Shown here: one piece after another, positions 60,501 through 64,000 of the stretch
How positions within the stretch are numbered: position 1 is the first letter of the stretch
Layout: each line of letters opens with the position of its first letter
Assembly (NCBI GenBank): GCA_964631685.1
Contig: CAZVZU010000003.1
Span: 54,406-118,405, forward strand
Source of the DNA: an uncultured Actinomycetes bacterium
GTDB lineage: Bacteria; SZUA-79; Acidulodesulfobacterales; Acidulodesulfobacteraceae
Direction: 5' to 3'
Length of the DNA stretch: 64,000 bases
Notes under the pieces: model-generated
What the model was told of the DNA's origin: nothing
Databases searched by the model: none
What the model saw: only the letters and a program-made list of their open reading frames with translations
Translations under genes and position numbers: made by a program

Positions 60501-61277
60501 ATGGATTACGGTTTAAGAAACAGGCTTTCAAGAATTATTAGGCGAGAAGATAACAGAACCGTTATGCTCGCGGTTGATCATGGTTACTTTATGGGACCTA
60601 CAAGCGGTCTCGAAAATATAAAAAGCTCCATTACGCCGCTTTTACCTTATGCAGATTCGCTCATGCTTACAAGGGGTATTTTAAGAAATGATATAGATGC
60701 AAATATAGACATTCCTATAGTTTTACGGGTGAGCGGAGGCACAAGTATATTAAATGATGACTTATCTGATGAAGATATTACTGTCTCTATGGAGGATGCT
60801 GTGAGGCTTAACGCAAGCGCTGTTGCGTTGTCGATATTTATCGGTTCAAAAAATGAAAAACAGGGAATAGTAAATTTGGCGAAATTAGTTAACGAGGGTA
60901 GTAGGTACGGTATTCCTGTTCTTGCGGTTACCGCAGTCGGCAGGGAAATGACGAGAGATGCTCGCTATTTGTCGCTTGCTGTGAGAATTGCGGCGGAAAC
61001 TGGAGCAAATATTGTAAAGACCTATTATTGCGAAAATTTTGAAAGTGTAATAAATGCTTGTCCGGTACCTGTAGTCGTGGCCGGAGGTAAAAAGATCGGA
61101 GAAAAAGATGCCTTGGAGCTTGCTCAAAATGCTATAAAAAGTGGCGCCGCCGGTGTTGATATGGGTCGAAATATATTTCAATCCAAAAATCCGATCAATA
61201 TGATTAATGCCGTGAGATCTGTTGTTCATGGCGGGGTTACGGCAGAAGAAGCATTTAATACCCATATAGGCGGTTAA
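60501..61277 (+). CDS. lsrF: LsrF-like thiolase/class I aldolase
   Basis: DHGYFMGP, VKTYY, AGGKK, DMGRNIFQ. Confidence 0.85.
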   Translation: MDYGLRNRLSRIIRREDNRTVMLAVDHGYFMGPTSGLENIKSSITPLLPYADSLMLTRGILRNDIDANIDIPIVLRVSGGTSILNDDLSDEDITVSMEDAVRLNASAVALSIFIGSKNEKQGIVNLAKLVNEGSRYGIPVLAVTAVGREMTRDARYLSLAVRIAAETGANIVKTYYCENFESVINACPVPVVVAGGKKIGEKDALELAQNAIKSGAAGVDMGRNIFQSKNPINMINAVRSVVHGGVTAEEAFNTHIGG

Positions 61278-61318
61278 TCTTTGAAAATTACCTACCGAAT
61301 AATCAGGGATTTATCAAT

Positions 61319-63328
61319 TTGATGAATAATTTAAGAAATGAAAGGGGTTCCTACCTAAGATCTGCCGTTAATCAACCCGTAGATTGGTATCCTTGGTGCG
61401 CTGATGCATTTAACGAGGCAAAAGAAAGGGATATGCCGGTACTCCTAGATATAGGCGCTGCATGGTGCCATTGGTGCCATGTGATGGATGCGGAGTCTTA
61501 TATGGATGCGGAAACGGCGAGCATAATTAACAGAAATTTTATTGCGATTAAGGTCGATAAAGATGAGAGGCCAGATATTGATTCCCGTTATCAAAAAGCG
61601 GTGAGCATTTTTTCCGGCGGAGGAGGGTGGCCGCTTACAGCGTTTTTGACATATGATGGGTATTTTTTTTATGGCGGAACATATTTCCCGAAGGAACCTA
61701 AATTTGGAATCCCCTCCTATAAATCCGTTCTAAAGGAGATTGCAAAATATTACAGAGAAAATAAGGATGCCGTATTTTCTCAAACCATAGATTTTTATAA
61801 TAGGATATTTAAGGATTCAAATAAGTTTTCAATATTTAATATTCAGAGGCTAAACGAAGCCGTTAGAAAAGATAAGGGTCTAAGTGAAGAATATGCCTTT
61901 CGACTTTTAGATGAGGCAGCGCAAGAGTTCAAGCTTCATTTTGATAATGAGAATGGAGGTACTGAGGGGGCGCCAAAGTTTTTTAATTTTTCTTCGATTG
62001 AGATGCTTTTGCAGGATTACAAGATAAACCATAATAAAGATTCCTTGACAAAGGGAATTTTTACCCTAAAAAAGATAGCCTGCGGCGGTGTTTTTGATCA
62101 TGTTGCCGGTGGTTTCCACAGATACTCTACAGATGCGAAATGGATAATACCGCATTTTGAAAAGCTTGCGGGTGACAATGCTGATGCGCTCAGAATTTAC
62201 CTAAACTATTATGATACAACAGGCGATAGGTTTATTTTAAACATTATAAACAAGACGCTCGATTTTATTACAAACGACCTATATGATAAAGTAAGCGGAG
62301 GCTTTTATGCCAGCGTAGATGCAGATGTGTCTGAAAATGATGACGGTAGTTTTTTTACATGGACTTATGACGAATTGATAGAGGTATTCCCGGATGAGGG
62401 AGAGTTAAATACAGTAATAAACATGTTTAATATCGGTAAAGATGGCAGAATACTAAACCAAGATGAGCGTGCCGGCGAAACAGATAAGATTAAGAGAATG
62501 GACGGAACGGCTCTGATAAATTCCAATGTTCCGAATGTCTTATATTTAGATTTACAGAGAGACGCTCGGGATATACTTTTGAGTAGACTTTATAATAATA
62601 TTACCGCTAGGCTTAAAACTAGGAGAGACAATAGGAAAAAGCCGTTTATTGATAAAACTAAATATAGTTCGCTAAACGGAAATATTATATATTCGATTAC
62701 CGAACTAAATAAGATTTTTAATTTTAAGAATAATGGAAAACACTCCGGTAGACTTTTGTCTGCAGCTTCTCTAAGAAAGAATGAAGAGAATAGGCAAAAA
62801 CTAAATGAAATAGCCGAAAAGTCGATCGGACTTTTTTTAACGGCTTTTGATAAAAACGGTGATATAGGGAGATTTATCGGCGAGTCCGGGGGCTCTCTTC
62901 ATGCAGACAATGCCTATATGCTTCTTGCATCAATAGGCCTGTTCGAAACGACGTCTAAGCCCATATATTTGACATATGCAAAAAGAATTGCAGAATATGT
63001 TATTGCAAACTATTACGATAGTAGGGATGGCGGCTTTTTTGACATAAAACATACTGTAAAAAGTTCCAAAATAGGCTTTTTAAGCTACAAGGAGAAGTCT
63101 ATCGCAGATTACGGCGGTTATTCGGCAAATTCCATGCTATTACTTGGGATGACAAAACTTTATGCGTTGACTAATGAGATTCAATTTAAAAATGTTATTT
63201 TAAAGTCCTTTGAATATTTTATGAATGATGCCAATAATTTTAAACATAATGGTTCAAGTTATATAATTAGCCTGGTTCATTATGCACGAGGAATAAATGA
63301 AAATAGCACAAATTTAAAGAAACATTAA
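61319..63328 (+). CDS. YyaL/SPATA20-family thioredoxin-domain protein
   Basis: WCHWCHVM, DERPDID, GGWPLT, PHFEK. Confidence 0.9.
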   Translation: MMNNLRNERGSYLRSAVNQPVDWYPWCADAFNEAKERDMPVLLDIGAAWCHWCHVMDAESYMDAETASIINRNFIAIKVDKDERPDIDSRYQKAVSIFSGGGGWPLTAFLTYDGYFFYGGTYFPKEPKFGIPSYKSVLKEIAKYYRENKDAVFSQTIDFYNRIFKDSNKFSIFNIQRLNEAVRKDKGLSEEYAFRLLDEAAQEFKLHFDNENGGTEGAPKFFNFSSIEMLLQDYKINHNKDSLTKGIFTLKKIACGGVFDHVAGGFHRYSTDAKWIIPHFEKLAGDNADALRIYLNYYDTTGDRFILNIINKTLDFITNDLYDKVSGGFYASVDADVSENDDGSFFTWTYDELIEVFPDEGELNTVINMFNIGKDGRILNQDERAGETDKIKRMDGTALINSNVPNVLYLDLQRDARDILLSRLYNNITARLKTRRDNRKKPFIDKTKYSSLNGNIIYSITELNKIFNFKNNGKHSGRLLSAASLRKNEENRQKLNEIAEKSIGLFLTAFDKNGDIGRFIGESGGSLHADNAYMLLASIGLFETTSKPIYLTYAKRIAEYVIANYYDSRDGGFFDIKHTVKSSKIGFLSYKEKSIADYGGYSANSMLLLGMTKLYALTNEIQFKNVILKSFEYFMNDANNFKHNGSSYIISLVHYARGINENSTNLKKH

Positions 63329-63492
63329 AGATCTGCAGGTAGTTAAACCTTGATTTTCTTGACATACATAATTTGGTTGTAGTAACATATGTGGTAAAGG
63401 CGCCGCAGGCAGTGTTTGATAAAAATGGTTCAATTAAAGATAGATGAATTACGAAGGTTAAACTATATGTGATCGGACGGAGGAAGGGTTCA

Positions 63493-64000
63493 ATGAAGAA
63501 AGGAAATTTTTCTTTGCTCGTTAAGTTTTTTGTGTTAATTTTATCCTTTTCGATATTTTTTATCGGCTACTTTGCTTTAAACGCTTACTCTTTTGATACA
63601 TATATAACCGTTCACAGGGGGGCAACCTTAGCCCGCATTGCCAGTACCCATAATACAACAGTCTCTTCCATAATGGACCTAAACGGTCTTCATAGCTATG
63701 TCATATTTCCGGGTGAAAAGTTAAAGATAATCTCCGGTGCTCACAGCCATCGCTCTTATCATCCCGTTATAACTTACGACCGTTACACGGTTCAATTTGG
63801 TGACACATTATCTTTAATAGCACAGAAGTACGGTACGTCTATTGCCGAACTAAGGAAGCTCAATAGTTTACATTCAAATGTAATTAGGCAGGGAGCCCTT
63901 TTAGTTGTTCCTAAGAAAAGTAGCGGTTTGCATCGAGATATTGTTTATATAACCGTTCACAGGGGGGCAACCTTAGCCCGCATTGCCAGTACCCATAATA
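63493..64000 (+). CDS. Multi-LysM exported protein (partial, runs off the window)
   Basis: ATG 63493, hydrophobic signal, LysM repeats TVHRGATLARIA, TVQFGDTLSLIA and a third repeat. Confidence 0.88.
   Translation, partial: MKKGNFSLLVKFFVLILSFSIFFIGYFALNAYSFDTYITVHRGATLARIASTHNTTVSSIMDLNGLHSYVIFPGEKLKIISGAHSHRSYHPVITYDRYTVQFGDTLSLIAQKYGTSIAELRKLNSLHSNVIRQGALLVVPKKSSGLHRDIVYITVHRGATLARIASTHN
63601..64000 (+). repeat. Exact direct repeat of at least 55 bp (63601-63655 and 63946-64000)
   Basis: TATATAACCGTTCACAGGGGGGC...ACCCATAATA occurs twice, 345 bp apart and in frame. Confidence 0.92.

Noticed and set aside
1586..61265. Many 60-138 aa antisense or alternate-frame ORFs in the track (e.g. 1586-2002, 29879-30196, 48870-49280, 60885-61265)
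   Set aside because: They overlap well-supported genes and have no recognisable motifs; they are shadow ORFs
63389..63492. c-di-AMP (ydaO) riboswitch upstream of the LysM gene
   Set aside because: The conserved GCTGAATCC and paired G-rich elements are not seen
1..64000. CRISPR arrays, IS elements, prophage, rRNA or tRNA genes
   Set aside because: No spaced repeats, transposase, integrase, phage or stable-RNA signatures recognised; intergenic gaps are short

Overview
A 64 kb, AT-rich chromosomal window made up almost entirely of housekeeping genes. It covers purine synthesis, queuosine, SecDF, the mre/rod genes, recA-alaS, infC-rpmI-rplT-ihfA and surE-pcm-rpoS-apt. Gene order resembles Deltaproteobacteria/Desulfobacterota. 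Lys-rich exported proteins plus a Cyc2-type porin-cytochrome suggest an acidophile such as Ca. Acidulodesulfobacterales (inference only). I recognised no rRNA, tRNA, CRISPR array or mobile element. The most interesting part is 55.5-60.5 kb. It holds a monoheme cytochrome c, two IscR-type operators and an IscS homologue whose PLP Schiff-base lysine is replaced by Arg while the catalytic Cys is kept. IscU, a second TusA, a Cyc2-like gene and DsrF/DsrH-like genes with no DsrE follow; the DsrH-like gene is missing from the ORF track. Other points are two ~100-nt G-U-rich intergenic hairpins, a split and convergent pilMNO/pilPQ locus around a lone tatC, a TatD-radical SAM fusion, a non-ATG infC start and an exact LysM duplication at the window edge. 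All calls come from motif reading and synteny, not database searches.
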